Shown piece by piece: positions 1 through 8,491 of a stretch of 47,496 nt of DNA. The notes under the pieces were generated by a model. It made no database searches. It saw only the letters and a list, made by a program, of their open reading frames with translations, and was not told the DNA's origin. The stretch is from positions 68,034 to 115,529 of the forward strand of contig PQAE01000005.1 in NCBI GenBank assembly GCA_003104935.1. Reading direction: 5' to 3'. The DNA is from Parcubacteria group bacterium. Lineage in GTDB: Bacteria; Patescibacteriota; Patescibacteriia; UBA1558; GWA2-36-10. Each line of letters opens with the position of its first letter. Position 1 is the first letter of the stretch. The position numbers were made by a program, and so were the translations under genes.

Positions 1-783
1 CGGGATTTCGGACAGGATTTACACCGCATCTTAACTCATCGTCAGTATAAGCTTTTTGGCGTGGTCAACGGCATTGACGCCAAGGCTTTTAACCCGGTTA
101 ATGACCACAGTATTTACAAAAATTACGACTATAAGAGTATTGATCAGAAAAAAACCAACAAAACTCAAGTGCAAAAGCTATTTAAATTACCGGTGGCTGA
201 AGAAGTGCCGTTGATATGCACTACCTCGCGGGTCACCTATCAAAAGGGATTTGAATTGATTTTGAGAATAATCGAGCCGCTTATGGATCTGGAGTTGCAG
301 TTATTGGTAGTCGGCGCGGGCGATAAGGCCTATATCAAAGAATTAAGTAAAGTGGCTAAAAAGTTTCCTAATAAATTGGTGGTCGTGCCCTCGCACGAAA
401 AGATTATCCAGCATGAAAACCAGATTTACGCCGGTGCAGACATGATTCTAATGCCGTCACACTATGAACCCTGCGGCATCAATCAGTTAAAGAGCTTTCG
501 CTATGGCTGTGTGCCGGTAGTACGTAGCATCGGAGGGCTGAGCGACACCGTGGTTGATTATGAGCCGGGCAATAAAAACAGCAACGGCTTTACTTTTCTT
601 AAATACAGTTCCCAGGCCCTACTAGTAGCTCTGAGCCGTGCCCTGGAGACTTATCGTCATAAAAATCTGTGGCGTTCTCTGGTAGCACAGGTGATGAAAT
701 CATCGGTATCATGGGAGCTGCCGGCGCGTAAATATATTCAACTCTATAATAAGGCCAAAGAATTTAAGAATGAGAAGAAATAA
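1..783 (+). CDS. glgA: Glycogen/starch synthase, C-terminal part (5' end lies outside the window)
   Basis: Frame 1 is open from base 1 (RDFGQDL...FGVVNGID). GT-B C-terminal motifs HYEPCGINQL and GGLSDTV are present. It is a paralogue of the complete GlgA at 5183-6664. Confidence 0.85.
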   Translation, partial: RDFGQDLHRILTHRQYKLFGVVNGIDAKAFNPVNDHSIYKNYDYKSIDQKKTNKTQVQKLFKLPVAEEVPLICTTSRVTYQKGFELILRIIEPLMDLELQLLVVGAGDKAYIKELSKVAKKFPNKLVVVPSHEKIIQHENQIYAGADMILMPSHYEPCGINQLKSFRYGCVPVVRSIGGLSDTVVDYEPGNKNSNGFTFLKYSSQALLVALSRALETYRHKNLWRSLVAQVMKSSVSWELPARKYIQLYNKAKEFKNEKK

Positions 784-1936
784 TAAAGTAACTTGGGTTA
801 ATTTTTTACATCTCTACCAACCGCCCTGGCAAGAGCCGGGTATTTTAGAAAAGGTAGCCATAGAAAGTTATGACTATCTTCTGACTCTTTTAGAAAAATA
901 CCCAAAGTATAGGGCCAGTATAAATATTAGCGGTAGTCTGTTGGAGCAGTTGGCAACGGTAAAGCCCGGGATCTTAGCCCGGCTACAGCGTCTGGTTAGG
1001 GTGCGGCGGATAGAACTGGTCGGTACCGCCTATTATCATCCAATCTTGCCTCTGGTTAGTCCTCAGGATGCTATCCGACAAATAAAACTCAACCAGCAAG
1101 CGCTGGAGAAATTTTTTCCGGACAGCATGGTCAGCGGTTTTTATCTGCCGGAGATGGCATATAGCTTGCCAGTGGCTAAACTGGTAAAAAAGCTAGGATA
1201 TCAATGGCTGATATTAGACCCGATTCACTATGTCGGCCAGATTGATAAAAATATTCAATATTTGCTGAAAAATACCGGATTAAAAATAATATTCCGTGAC
1301 CGAGCTATATCCAAGTCCTACCCACCGCGGATTATTTTTGATTTTTTAGAAAAAAATAAAAAGCAGACATTTATCTCAGCTACCGACGCCGAAATCTACG
1401 GACATTGGCACGAAGACAAACAGGGTTTTATTGAAAAACTGATGTTTGTCGAACGTTTAGAAATTTTAACGGTCAGCCAGTATCTGAATAAGCTAAAAAA
1501 AACTGAGGTTATTAATTTACGCCCCGCTTCCTGGGAAAGCACTTTGTCAGAAATAAAAGGAAAAAATTTTTATAGTCTCTGGGCTAATCCTAAAAATAAA
1601 ATTCACCGGCTGTTATGGGATTTATTGCACCTGGCCAGCCGGCTGGTAGCCAAATATTCCCAAGACGCCAACATTTTTTGGGCCCGGCAACACCTGGAAC
1701 GCGGATTATCTTCTTGCACTTTCTGGTGGGCGAGCGCACGTCGCCCCTCTCCTTTTTCCTCTCTGACCTGGAATCCGGACATGATCGATAAGGGGGCTAA
1801 GGAGTTGGTTTTGAGTGTGCGGTCATTAGCTCGGGCAAAATCCCCAGAAAAGGTGCGGGCCGAGGAGCTCTATCTGGCGATTCAAAAGGAAACCTGGTTC
1901 AAGCATTGGTATAAATTTAATAAATTTTTTGATTAG
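770..1936 (+). CDS. Glycoside hydrolase family 57-like enzyme (alpha-glucan acting)
   Basis: N-terminal NFLHLYQPP resembles the GH57 HQP region, and DAEIYGHWHED resembles the GH57 GHW region. The start overlaps the upstream glgA stop by 14 nt. Confidence 0.7.
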   Translation: MRRNNKVTWVNFLHLYQPPWQEPGILEKVAIESYDYLLTLLEKYPKYRASINISGSLLEQLATVKPGILARLQRLVRVRRIELVGTAYYHPILPLVSPQDAIRQIKLNQQALEKFFPDSMVSGFYLPEMAYSLPVAKLVKKLGYQWLILDPIHYVGQIDKNIQYLLKNTGLKIIFRDRAISKSYPPRIIFDFLEKNKKQTFISATDAEIYGHWHEDKQGFIEKLMFVERLEILTVSQYLNKLKKTEVINLRPASWESTLSEIKGKNFYSLWANPKNKIHRLLWDLLHLASRLVAKYSQDANIFWARQHLERGLSSCTFWWASARRPSPFSSLTWNPDMIDKGAKELVLSVRSLARAKSPEKVRAEELYLAIQKETWFKHWYKFNKFFD

Positions 1937-1938
1937 TT

Positions 1939-3021
1939 ATGACACCGGTTCAGCACATATCTGAGGAGGCCAAAAAAAATTTTTCCCAGGTCTGGGATAA
2001 GGATTTTATTATTAAGTTATTAAACGAAAAACTCGGCCAATATTACGCCGATTTTAAAAGTGTCGCAGAATTAGAAGTAATACCCTACAAGAAGCACTTG
2101 GGTATGACCAGCGCCGTTTTTGTAGCGAATTATAAGATTAAGTATCTCAGCCAAAATAAAAATATAAAAAAATTAGAGATCTTCGTTTCGGCGCACTCCG
2201 ATGGTTCGCGCCAGCAGGCCTACCGGAAAAATAAATTTCTTTTTGACCATGGTTTTAATCAGGGAAATTTGCGGGTTACTAGACCACTATTTTACTTGGC
2301 GGAAAATAAAGCTTATTTTTATCAGGCGGCCTCTGGCCACCGCCTCTTTAGCTTTTTTAGAAAAAACCCCGGGGCAGATTTACGGCCGGTATTTTCCCTG
2401 CTGGCCGCCTGGATAAAAAAATTGCACAGCTTTCGGTATCAGGGTGCAGATTTTTCCTGGCCGACTTTTACCATCGCCAAGATGATCCCGGAGCCGGCCC
2501 GCTTTATCAATGATTTTGGCCGTCATGACCAACCGCTAGGTGCGCTGGCACAGAGACTATACGATAAATTGGCTAAAGTGGAAAGAAACTATCAGAGTGT
2601 TGTCGCCCTACAGTTGGTTTACGGGGATAACCACCCGGAAAATGTTATTATTGAGAGTTTAGAGACAGATCATCTGGAGATGATCGATCTGACCGACATA
2701 GCCCTAGGTGATCCCATGCTTGACCTGGGAACATTTCTACAGCAATTTGATTTTATGGGGCACAATTATATTTCTCGCGAAAAGATGAATCAAGCTAAGA
2801 TTTTTTTTGTGGAGTCCTACTTCGGACAGAATCTGGAGCAGATTGACATTAATTATATCAATCGTATCAACCTTTACCAATCTTGGACCTCATTGCGCAC
2901 GGCCACTTTTTTATTTTATATGAAAGATGTACAGAATCCCATCATTGATTTATTAGACGACGGTGAAAAATATTTAGCTTTAGCGCTTGATAGTAACCGC
3001 AAAATAAATTTGTTTAAATAA
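1939..3021 (+). CDS. Aminoglycoside-phosphotransferase/choline-kinase-fold kinase (possible sugar or maltose kinase)
   Basis: Has a catalytic-loop-like GDNHPENVII and a Mg-binding-like IDLTDIALGDP. It starts 3 nt after the GH57 stop. Confidence 0.55.
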   Translation: MTPVQHISEEAKKNFSQVWDKDFIIKLLNEKLGQYYADFKSVAELEVIPYKKHLGMTSAVFVANYKIKYLSQNKNIKKLEIFVSAHSDGSRQQAYRKNKFLFDHGFNQGNLRVTRPLFYLAENKAYFYQAASGHRLFSFFRKNPGADLRPVFSLLAAWIKKLHSFRYQGADFSWPTFTIAKMIPEPARFINDFGRHDQPLGALAQRLYDKLAKVERNYQSVVALQLVYGDNHPENVIIESLETDHLEMIDLTDIALGDPMLDLGTFLQQFDFMGHNYISREKMNQAKIFFVESYFGQNLEQIDINYINRINLYQSWTSLRTATFLFYMKDVQNPIIDLLDDGEKYLALALDSNRKINLFK

Positions 3022-3022
3022 T

Positions 3023-3595
3023 ATGCCTTATCATAAAATAATCTTTGAGGGTGCAGAATTGGCCGGTAAAAGCTTTTTAATGAGTCAAATCTACGGTCAG
3101 TTGGAACCAAAATATAATAGCGGGGGAAAGATATTGGACGGTTGCCATTGGTTTAATTGTGATGTGGGTCTATTCGGTACGCCCTATGGCCAGATTACTT
3201 TACAAAAATACTTAGAGCTGATGGAAGCCCTAAGCGACACTAATGTGGTGGTAGAGAAATTCCATTTTTCCGAAGCGGTTTATCAAAAATTATATCATAA
3301 TCGGTGTGTAGATTTTTCCCAGCTGGAAGCCAGATTAAAAAAAATAGGTGCAAAATTAGTGCTGGTTGCTTTTGACGAGGACGAAACGCTTTTAGAAAAA
3401 CGCCTGGCTGATCGGATACGTTTATATCCTCACTACGCCAAAATCGCCCAGGAACCGGCCGACTATATCAAGCAACAACGTCTCTACCAGGAGCTTTTAA
3501 AAAAGACCGAGTTGGAGTATTGTGAAGTCAATGCATCGCAGTTGCCCAACCAGAAGCTTACCCAGGATATACTAAAATTTATCGGCGAAGACTAA
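3023..3595 (+). CDS. P-loop NTPase, nucleoside/nucleotide-kinase-like
   Basis: N-terminal IIFEGAELAGKS is a Walker A-like motif. The 190-aa size fits a dNK/dTMP-kinase fold. No more specific match was recognised. Confidence 0.4.
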   Translation: MPYHKIIFEGAELAGKSFLMSQIYGQLEPKYNSGGKILDGCHWFNCDVGLFGTPYGQITLQKYLELMEALSDTNVVVEKFHFSEAVYQKLYHNRCVDFSQLEARLKKIGAKLVLVAFDEDETLLEKRLADRIRLYPHYAKIAQEPADYIKQQRLYQELLKKTELEYCEVNASQLPNQKLTQDILKFIGED

Positions 3596-3607
3596 AAAAA
3601 TTTTCCT

Positions 3608-4243
3608 ATGTCCAATTATTTTAGACAATACATTCGCGCCGTGGAAAATCCTTTGCCGGAGATGGCGGAATATTTTGACAAGGAGAATTTTTATTTAAAG
3701 AATTATGTTACTCCGGATAGCGTCATTTTGGATGTCGGTTGCGGCAACGGGCGCACGATGAAGTTTTTAGCCCCCTATGCCAAGACGGTGATTGGCGTTG
3801 ATTATGACAAAAAAATGATTGCGGCGGCGGGAAATAATCTTAGTCGTTTTGATAACGCCAAGGTTATCTATTGCGATTTTTTCCACTATCAATTTAAAAA
3901 AATGTTTGATTTATCATTAGCTTCCTATAATTTATTAGGTTCTTCAGAGTTGGATCCGCGCCGTCGCCCCTTGCTTTTACAAAATATGTTGGAGTGTACT
4001 AAGCCGGGTAAACATATTGTCTTGTCTGTCTGGAGCGACCAAGGTATAGAGTTTGCCAATAAATATTATCCACACATCGGTATACGGGTAAAAAAAATTG
4101 AGGGCAATGACGTGGTAACTGATCACGGCATATTTAAGAGGTTTACCAAGGATGAGTTGAACCATTTGGCTGTCGCTACTGGCAGGGAGTTTCAGTTACT
4201 GGAGCTCACTGACATATTTTATCTACTGGATTTAAAAGCCTAA
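3608..4243 (+). CDS. Class I SAM-dependent methyltransferase
   Basis: Motif I VILDVGCGNGR is followed by an acidic post-I residue (GVDYD). Confidence 0.75.
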   Translation: MSNYFRQYIRAVENPLPEMAEYFDKENFYLKNYVTPDSVILDVGCGNGRTMKFLAPYAKTVIGVDYDKKMIAAAGNNLSRFDNAKVIYCDFFHYQFKKMFDLSLASYNLLGSSELDPRRRPLLLQNMLECTKPGKHIVLSVWSDQGIEFANKYYPHIGIRVKKIEGNDVVTDHGIFKRFTKDELNHLAVATGREFQLLELTDIFYLLDLKA

Positions 4244-4302
4244 AAAAGACTTGTTTTTGCTTGCTACCGACAGCCAGTTTTTTTTGCTATAATTAAGCTA
4301 TT

Positions 4303-5181
4303 ATGAAAAAAATCAGCAATTTTTGTGATCTTCAGGTCCATTCTCTGCATTCGGACGGTGCTTTTACGCCGACCGAGTTGGTGGGTATCCTGAAAAAGCA
4401 CAATATAAAAGTAGCCGCCCTGACCGATCATGACACTGTCCAGGGAATCGGAGAATTTTTGACCGCCTGCCGTCGCGCTAAAATCAAGGGTATAGTCGGC
4501 ACAGAGATTTACGTCACTTATCAGGGTCATCACTTGCATCTCCTGGGATATAATTTTGACTACACAAATACGGCTCTCAACGAGTCTTTTGTTGAGATCC
4601 ATCAGCGCAAGTATAAGATTTTGAAAAAAATTGCTCCTCTTTTAAAAAAAAGAGGTATTATCGTCAAGCCCGAGGCTCTGGCCGGAGAAAAAGCTCAGTA
4701 TATTAGCTTCAACGGAGTGTTGCGTCATCTGGAGTCTTTTCCGCAAAATATAGCGAGAATCAGAAAAGATTTGGGACGTCCACATTACGAACATTGGGAA
4801 ATTTATAACCGCTATTTTAAAAAAGGCCTGCACACACATTATCCCGAGGTTTATATACCTATGGAAAAAGCAATGTGGCTGATCAAAAATGCCGGCGGAC
4901 AGGCAGTTTTGTCCCATCCGGGTCAGCAACTACACTTTGAAGATGATCATATTATACTCCAACTCAAGAAAATCGGTTTGGACGGTATCGAGTGTTTTTC
5001 CTCGCACCATAGCTATAGTCAGATTGTCCATTATTTACGTTTGGCCGAACAATACGGACTGCTAGCGACCGGCGGGTCGGATTTTCATAATATTTTGGTC
5101 AATCAAAATTTACCGATTGACAGCATTTTAGATTACTATAGTATCCCTAGCCAGCTTTATAGAAATATAAAAATTTTTTAA
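4303..5181 (+). CDS. PHP-domain metal-dependent phosphoesterase
   Basis: DLQVHSLHSDG, ALTDHDTV and C-terminal GGSDFH are typical PHP motifs. Confidence 0.8.
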   Translation: MKKISNFCDLQVHSLHSDGAFTPTELVGILKKHNIKVAALTDHDTVQGIGEFLTACRRAKIKGIVGTEIYVTYQGHHLHLLGYNFDYTNTALNESFVEIHQRKYKILKKIAPLLKKRGIIVKPEALAGEKAQYISFNGVLRHLESFPQNIARIRKDLGRPHYEHWEIYNRYFKKGLHTHYPEVYIPMEKAMWLIKNAGGQAVLSHPGQQLHFEDDHIILQLKKIGLDGIECFSSHHSYSQIVHYLRLAEQYGLLATGGSDFHNILVNQNLPIDSILDYYSIPSQLYRNIKIF

Positions 5182-5182
5182 A

Positions 5183-6664
5183 ATGAGCGTGGCTCCTCTC
5201 AAAATATTATTTGTCGGCGCGGAACTAGAACCCCTGGTCAAGGTGGGGGGACTAGCCGATGTAATGGGATCTTTGCCACGGGCTTTGGCCAAACAGGGTC
5301 TAGACATCAAGATTATCATTCCTTTTTACGCCAACATTGACCGGAAAAAATTTCATTTCCGTTTGAAGCAAAAAAATATTTCGCTGGATTTAGACAGCGA
5401 TACTACGACTTTTGATTTGTATCAGAGCAGATTACCTAACAGCAATATAGTAATCTGGTTGATAAAACACCGGTTATTTGATTACCCGGATATTTATCTC
5501 GGCCAAAGAAAATATCTCCAGGGGCGGTCTTATACTCGGTCAACCAACGACATTGAGAGGTTTACTTTTTTTTCCAAGGCGGTCGCGGAGCTTATCCGCC
5601 AGAGCGCCTGGAAACCCGATGTTGTCCATTGTCATGATTGGCACACGGCTCTGGTCCCGACATTCATCGACGAGTACAGTCTGGAATATAATAGTTTCCC
5701 TAATATTAGCACTTTATTTACTATTCATAATCTGGCTAATCAGGGCGTTGCCGGCTTGGATCTGATAAATTATGCCAATTTGCATCATGACTGGACCCCG
5801 GCTTTGATGGAAGACTATTATGATCGTGATGGCGATGTTGTTGATCTGATAAAGATCGGCATCTTATCAGCTGATCAGGTCAGCACAGTTAGTCCGACTT
5901 ATGCTCGGGAGATTTTAAGTAAACAATTTGGTGAAAGCCTAGAAAAATATCTGCAGCGCCGGCGCCACGACCTCAGCGGAATTTTAAACGGTCTGGATTG
6001 GAAATTTTTTGACCCGGCGCATGATAAATTTATTAAAAAAAATTATTCCAGAGCTAGTTTAGACCGGGGTAAGGCTGTAAATAAATTATTTTTACAGAAG
6101 AAAATAGGGTTATCCGGCCGAGCAAGCGTTCCATTATTTTCCTTGGTCAGTCGTCTGGTCAAACAAAAGGGTCTGGATATTTTACTGCCGGCACTAAAAA
6201 ATATTTTGGCAAAAAACGATCTACAGATCGTAATTTTGGGTAACGGCGAGCCCCTTTATGAAAAACAGCTAAAAAAACTAGCCCAGGAATTTTCCCAGAA
6301 ATTAAAAGTTATTGTGTCTTTTGACGCTGTATTGGCTCAACAGATTTATGCCGGCTCCGACTTCTTTTTGATGCCCTCCCAGTTTGAGCCCTGCGGTCTG
6401 GGGCAGATGATTGCTCAGCGCTACGGTAGCATCCCGGTCGCCCGCCAAACAGGCGGATTAAAGGACACTATTAGCAACAATCAAACCGGTTTACTGTTTC
6501 GTCCCTATCAATCCCAGGCCTTATTATTTGCTCTGAGTCGAGCCGTGAAGCTTTATCAAAATAAAAATAAATTTTACGCTATGCGGAAAAGAATTATGAA
6601 AATAGACCATTCTTGGTCAGCCTCGGCCAAAGAGTATATAAAAATTTATAAAAAATTAAGCTAA
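5183..6664 (+). CDS. glgA: Glycogen synthase (NDP-glucose dependent)
   Basis: N-terminal KILFVGAELEPLVKVGGLADVMGSLP is present, along with C-terminal FEPCGLGQM and GGLKDT. Confidence 0.9.
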   Translation: MSVAPLKILFVGAELEPLVKVGGLADVMGSLPRALAKQGLDIKIIIPFYANIDRKKFHFRLKQKNISLDLDSDTTTFDLYQSRLPNSNIVIWLIKHRLFDYPDIYLGQRKYLQGRSYTRSTNDIERFTFFSKAVAELIRQSAWKPDVVHCHDWHTALVPTFIDEYSLEYNSFPNISTLFTIHNLANQGVAGLDLINYANLHHDWTPALMEDYYDRDGDVVDLIKIGILSADQVSTVSPTYAREILSKQFGESLEKYLQRRRHDLSGILNGLDWKFFDPAHDKFIKKNYSRASLDRGKAVNKLFLQKKIGLSGRASVPLFSLVSRLVKQKGLDILLPALKNILAKNDLQIVILGNGEPLYEKQLKKLAQEFSQKLKVIVSFDAVLAQQIYAGSDFFLMPSQFEPCGLGQMIAQRYGSIPVARQTGGLKDTISNNQTGLLFRPYQSQALLFALSRAVKLYQNKNKFYAMRKRIMKIDHSWSASAKEYIKIYKKLS

Positions 6665-6668
6665 ACAT

Positions 6669-7607
6669 ATGGCGTTAAAATTATCAGAAATCAGAAAAGA
6701 CTATATCCAGGATAAATATGTGATTATCGCACCGCGGCGCAGTGAACGGCCTCAGGAGGCGGCCAGTTTAGCCGATTATCCTAAGAAAAAAATGGAAGAA
6801 AAATGTATTTTTTGTCCCGGTAGTCTCCGGCGGGTTAGGAGTCTTTATCACCGGGATTTATTGAAAAACTGGAGCCTTAACGTTATCGCTAATAAATATC
6901 CAGCGGTTTCTCTGGATAATCCTAAGGCCTATGGCCAACAAGAGGTAGTGATCGAGACGCCGGATCATCGCCGGGAGCTGGAAGAATTGCCGGCCAAGAA
7001 TATCGCCGGCTTGTTGGAGGCTTATTCGGCACGCAGTAAAGCCATCTGTAAAAATCCGCGGATTCAATACGTCTTGATTTTTAAAAACAACGGCGGTGTG
7101 GCTGGTGCCAGTCAGAGTCATGCCCATAGCCAGATATTTGCCACGGAGTTTTTGCCGCCACATCTTTTTGAAAAATCACAAAAACAACAGGCCTACAAAC
7201 TAAAGTTTGGGCGCTGTGTTTATTGTGATGTTATCCGTCAGGAATCCAAGGGACCGCGGTTGGTTTATAAAGATAGAGAGGTGATCGCTTTTACTCCCTA
7301 TGCCTCTATGTTTAACTATGAGATCTGGATCATGCCCCTGGCGCATCGGGACAATATCATCGAGTTGACACCCAGAGAAAGAATGGCCTGGGCCAAGCTT
7401 TTAAAACGCGTACTGGTCAAAATCGGGCGTATGAATTTGCCCTATAATTTTTATTTCCACCACGTGATCAATGATAATGACCAACATCTATATATGAAAG
7501 TGGTGCCGAGGGGCAGTATTTGGGCGGGAGTTGAGATTGGCTCAGGACTTATCATCAATGCTATTTCACCGGAAGAGGCGGCCAAGTATTATAGACAAAA
7601 TCTGTAA
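6669..7607 (+). CDS. GalT-type hexose-1-phosphate nucleotidyltransferase / NDP-sugar phosphorylase (HIT superfamily branch III)
   Basis: Has Zn-site-like CIFCPG and active-site SHAHSQ (the HxHxQ motif). Confidence 0.75.
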   Translation: MALKLSEIRKDYIQDKYVIIAPRRSERPQEAASLADYPKKKMEEKCIFCPGSLRRVRSLYHRDLLKNWSLNVIANKYPAVSLDNPKAYGQQEVVIETPDHRRELEELPAKNIAGLLEAYSARSKAICKNPRIQYVLIFKNNGGVAGASQSHAHSQIFATEFLPPHLFEKSQKQQAYKLKFGRCVYCDVIRQESKGPRLVYKDREVIAFTPYASMFNYEIWIMPLAHRDNIIELTPRERMAWAKLLKRVLVKIGRMNLPYNFYFHHVINDNDQHLYMKVVPRGSIWAGVEIGSGLIINAISPEEAAKYYRQNL

Positions 7608-7619
7608 AGCGTATATAAT
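7592..7619 (+). promoter_or_regulatory. Sigma70-like promoter TAGACA-16-TATAAT
   Basis: The -35 is at 7592-7597 and the -10 at 7614-7619, about 40 nt upstream of the micro-ORF at 7661. Confidence 0.4.
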
Positions 7620-7660
7620 GGTATTGTTTTACCGAAGTTCATTCTTGGGAGGCAAAAGAA

Positions 7661-7774
7661 ATGCCATTTACCGTGCTGCTATTGATCATCGTAGGTTTGA
7701 TCGGGCTGGTGCAAGAAGGCCTGCACATATTTCGCCGCCCTACACTTACAACGAAGAAAGGACACCATCACTGA
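7661..7774 (+). CDS. Micro-ORF, 37-aa single-TM peptide (MPFTVLLLIIVGLIGLVQEGLHIFRRPTLTTKKGHHH)
   Basis: ATG is preceded by GGGAGG 8 nt upstream, with its own promoter. It has a hydrophobic N-terminus and a basic/His tail. The stop is embedded in a 10-bp hairpin. It is below the ORF-track length cutoff. Confidence 0.35.
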   Translation: MPFTVLLLIIVGLIGLVQEGLHIFRRPTLTTKKGHHH

Positions 7775-7785
7775 TGGTGTCCTTT
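7757..7785. terminator. Hairpin between convergent genes (aaaggacacc/ggtgtccttt)
   Basis: 10-bp perfect stem with a 9-nt loop and a UUU tail on the + strand. It lies 20 nt from the stop of the PadR-like gene. Confidence 0.4.
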
Positions 7786-7805
7786 GCGATTGTGCCATAC
7801 CGGCC

Positions 7806-8153
7806 TTAGCCAGAGCGGCTAATCGTAGCCCAGAGGTCCAAAATGTCCTGATGCCGTTGTCGGCACAGCCGTAGCGCCTTGCGCCCGGCAGGCAGAACCC
7901 TAACCAAGCGTATGCGGGCGCCGCGGTGGCTATTGATATAGTCCAGCTCCGTGCGGACTAAGCCCTTTAGCTGTAAACGGGCGATGGTCTGCGAGATGCT
8001 GCCTACATTAGCCCTGCGGCTGGTTGACCGAGTAATTTCTCGGGCAATAGACGCTCCGTAGGCAAGCTTATTGCGCCGACTGAGAGTCGCCGCAGTGAGC
8101 AAAATGAGTTCTTCCCAATGGCCAATAAATTGACCATTTTCCTTCTTAGTCAC
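7806..8153 (-). CDS. PadR/MarR-like winged-helix transcriptional regulator
   Basis: 115 aa with a GTG start. YGASIAREITRSTSRRANVGSISQTIARLQLKGLV fits a wHTH pattern. The GC content is clearly higher than that of the flanks. Confidence 0.55.
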   Translation of the reverse strand: MTKKENGQFIGHWEELILLTAATLSRRNKLAYGASIAREITRSTSRRANVGSISQTIARLQLKGLVRTELDYINSHRGARIRLVRVLPAGRKALRLCRQRHQDILDLWATISRSG

Positions 8154-8195
8154 GACCCAACCCCCGGTTTCAGGTATACGAAGACAACAACATAG

Positions 8196-8232
8196 TTAGT
8201 AGAGAACCGATAACGGCTCATACTAACATTAT
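8196..8232. promoter_or_regulatory. Nested inverted repeat upstream of the PadR-like gene (candidate operator)
   Basis: gttagta-gag-aa-ccg-ataa-cgg-ctc-a-tactaac, located 45-80 nt upstream of the GTG start. Confidence 0.3.
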
Positions 8233-8256
8233 AAAAAATTATGGTCAAGTATATTT

Positions 8257-8296
8257 GAAGCCGCCCTTCGACTACGCTCGGGGCGGCTTCATTTTT
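8257..8296 (+). terminator. GC-rich hairpin plus T-run
   Basis: gaagccgccc / gggcggcttc form a 10-bp stem followed by attttt. No obvious + strand gene lies upstream. Confidence 0.4.
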
Positions 8297-8316
8297 GTAG
8301 TCCGTAAATGGACTGG

Positions 8317-8442
8317 TTAAGGACTGCCCTTGGCAGTCTTGGTGAGCTGATCTCTTCGGTGTTTTTTTTCGCGACGATATGATCCCACAAATTCCAGGAT
8401 CACATACGCGACAATGCCAATAGCCCAGAATAGACCTTTCAA
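8317..8442 (-). CDS. Micro-ORF, 41-aa single-TM peptide ((M)KGLFWAIGIVAYVILEFVGSYRREKKHRRDQLTKTAKGSP)
   Basis: TTG start lies 6 nt after GGAGGTGG. It has a hydrophobic N-terminus and a basic tail. It lies just downstream of tyrS on the same strand. Confidence 0.25.
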   Translation of the reverse strand: MKGLFWAIGIVAYVILEFVGSYRREKKHRRDQLTKTAKGSP

Positions 8443-8491
8443 AATACCACCTCCAATTTAAAGTACTACCGGGACGTTTGAATCAAATAAA

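Noticed and set aside
7531-7809. 92-aa ORF on the plus strand spanning the galT-like stop and the micro-ORF region.
   Set aside because: It overlaps the well-supported galT-like 3' end in another frame and has no start context. The 37-aa ORF with promoter, RBS and terminator explains the region better.
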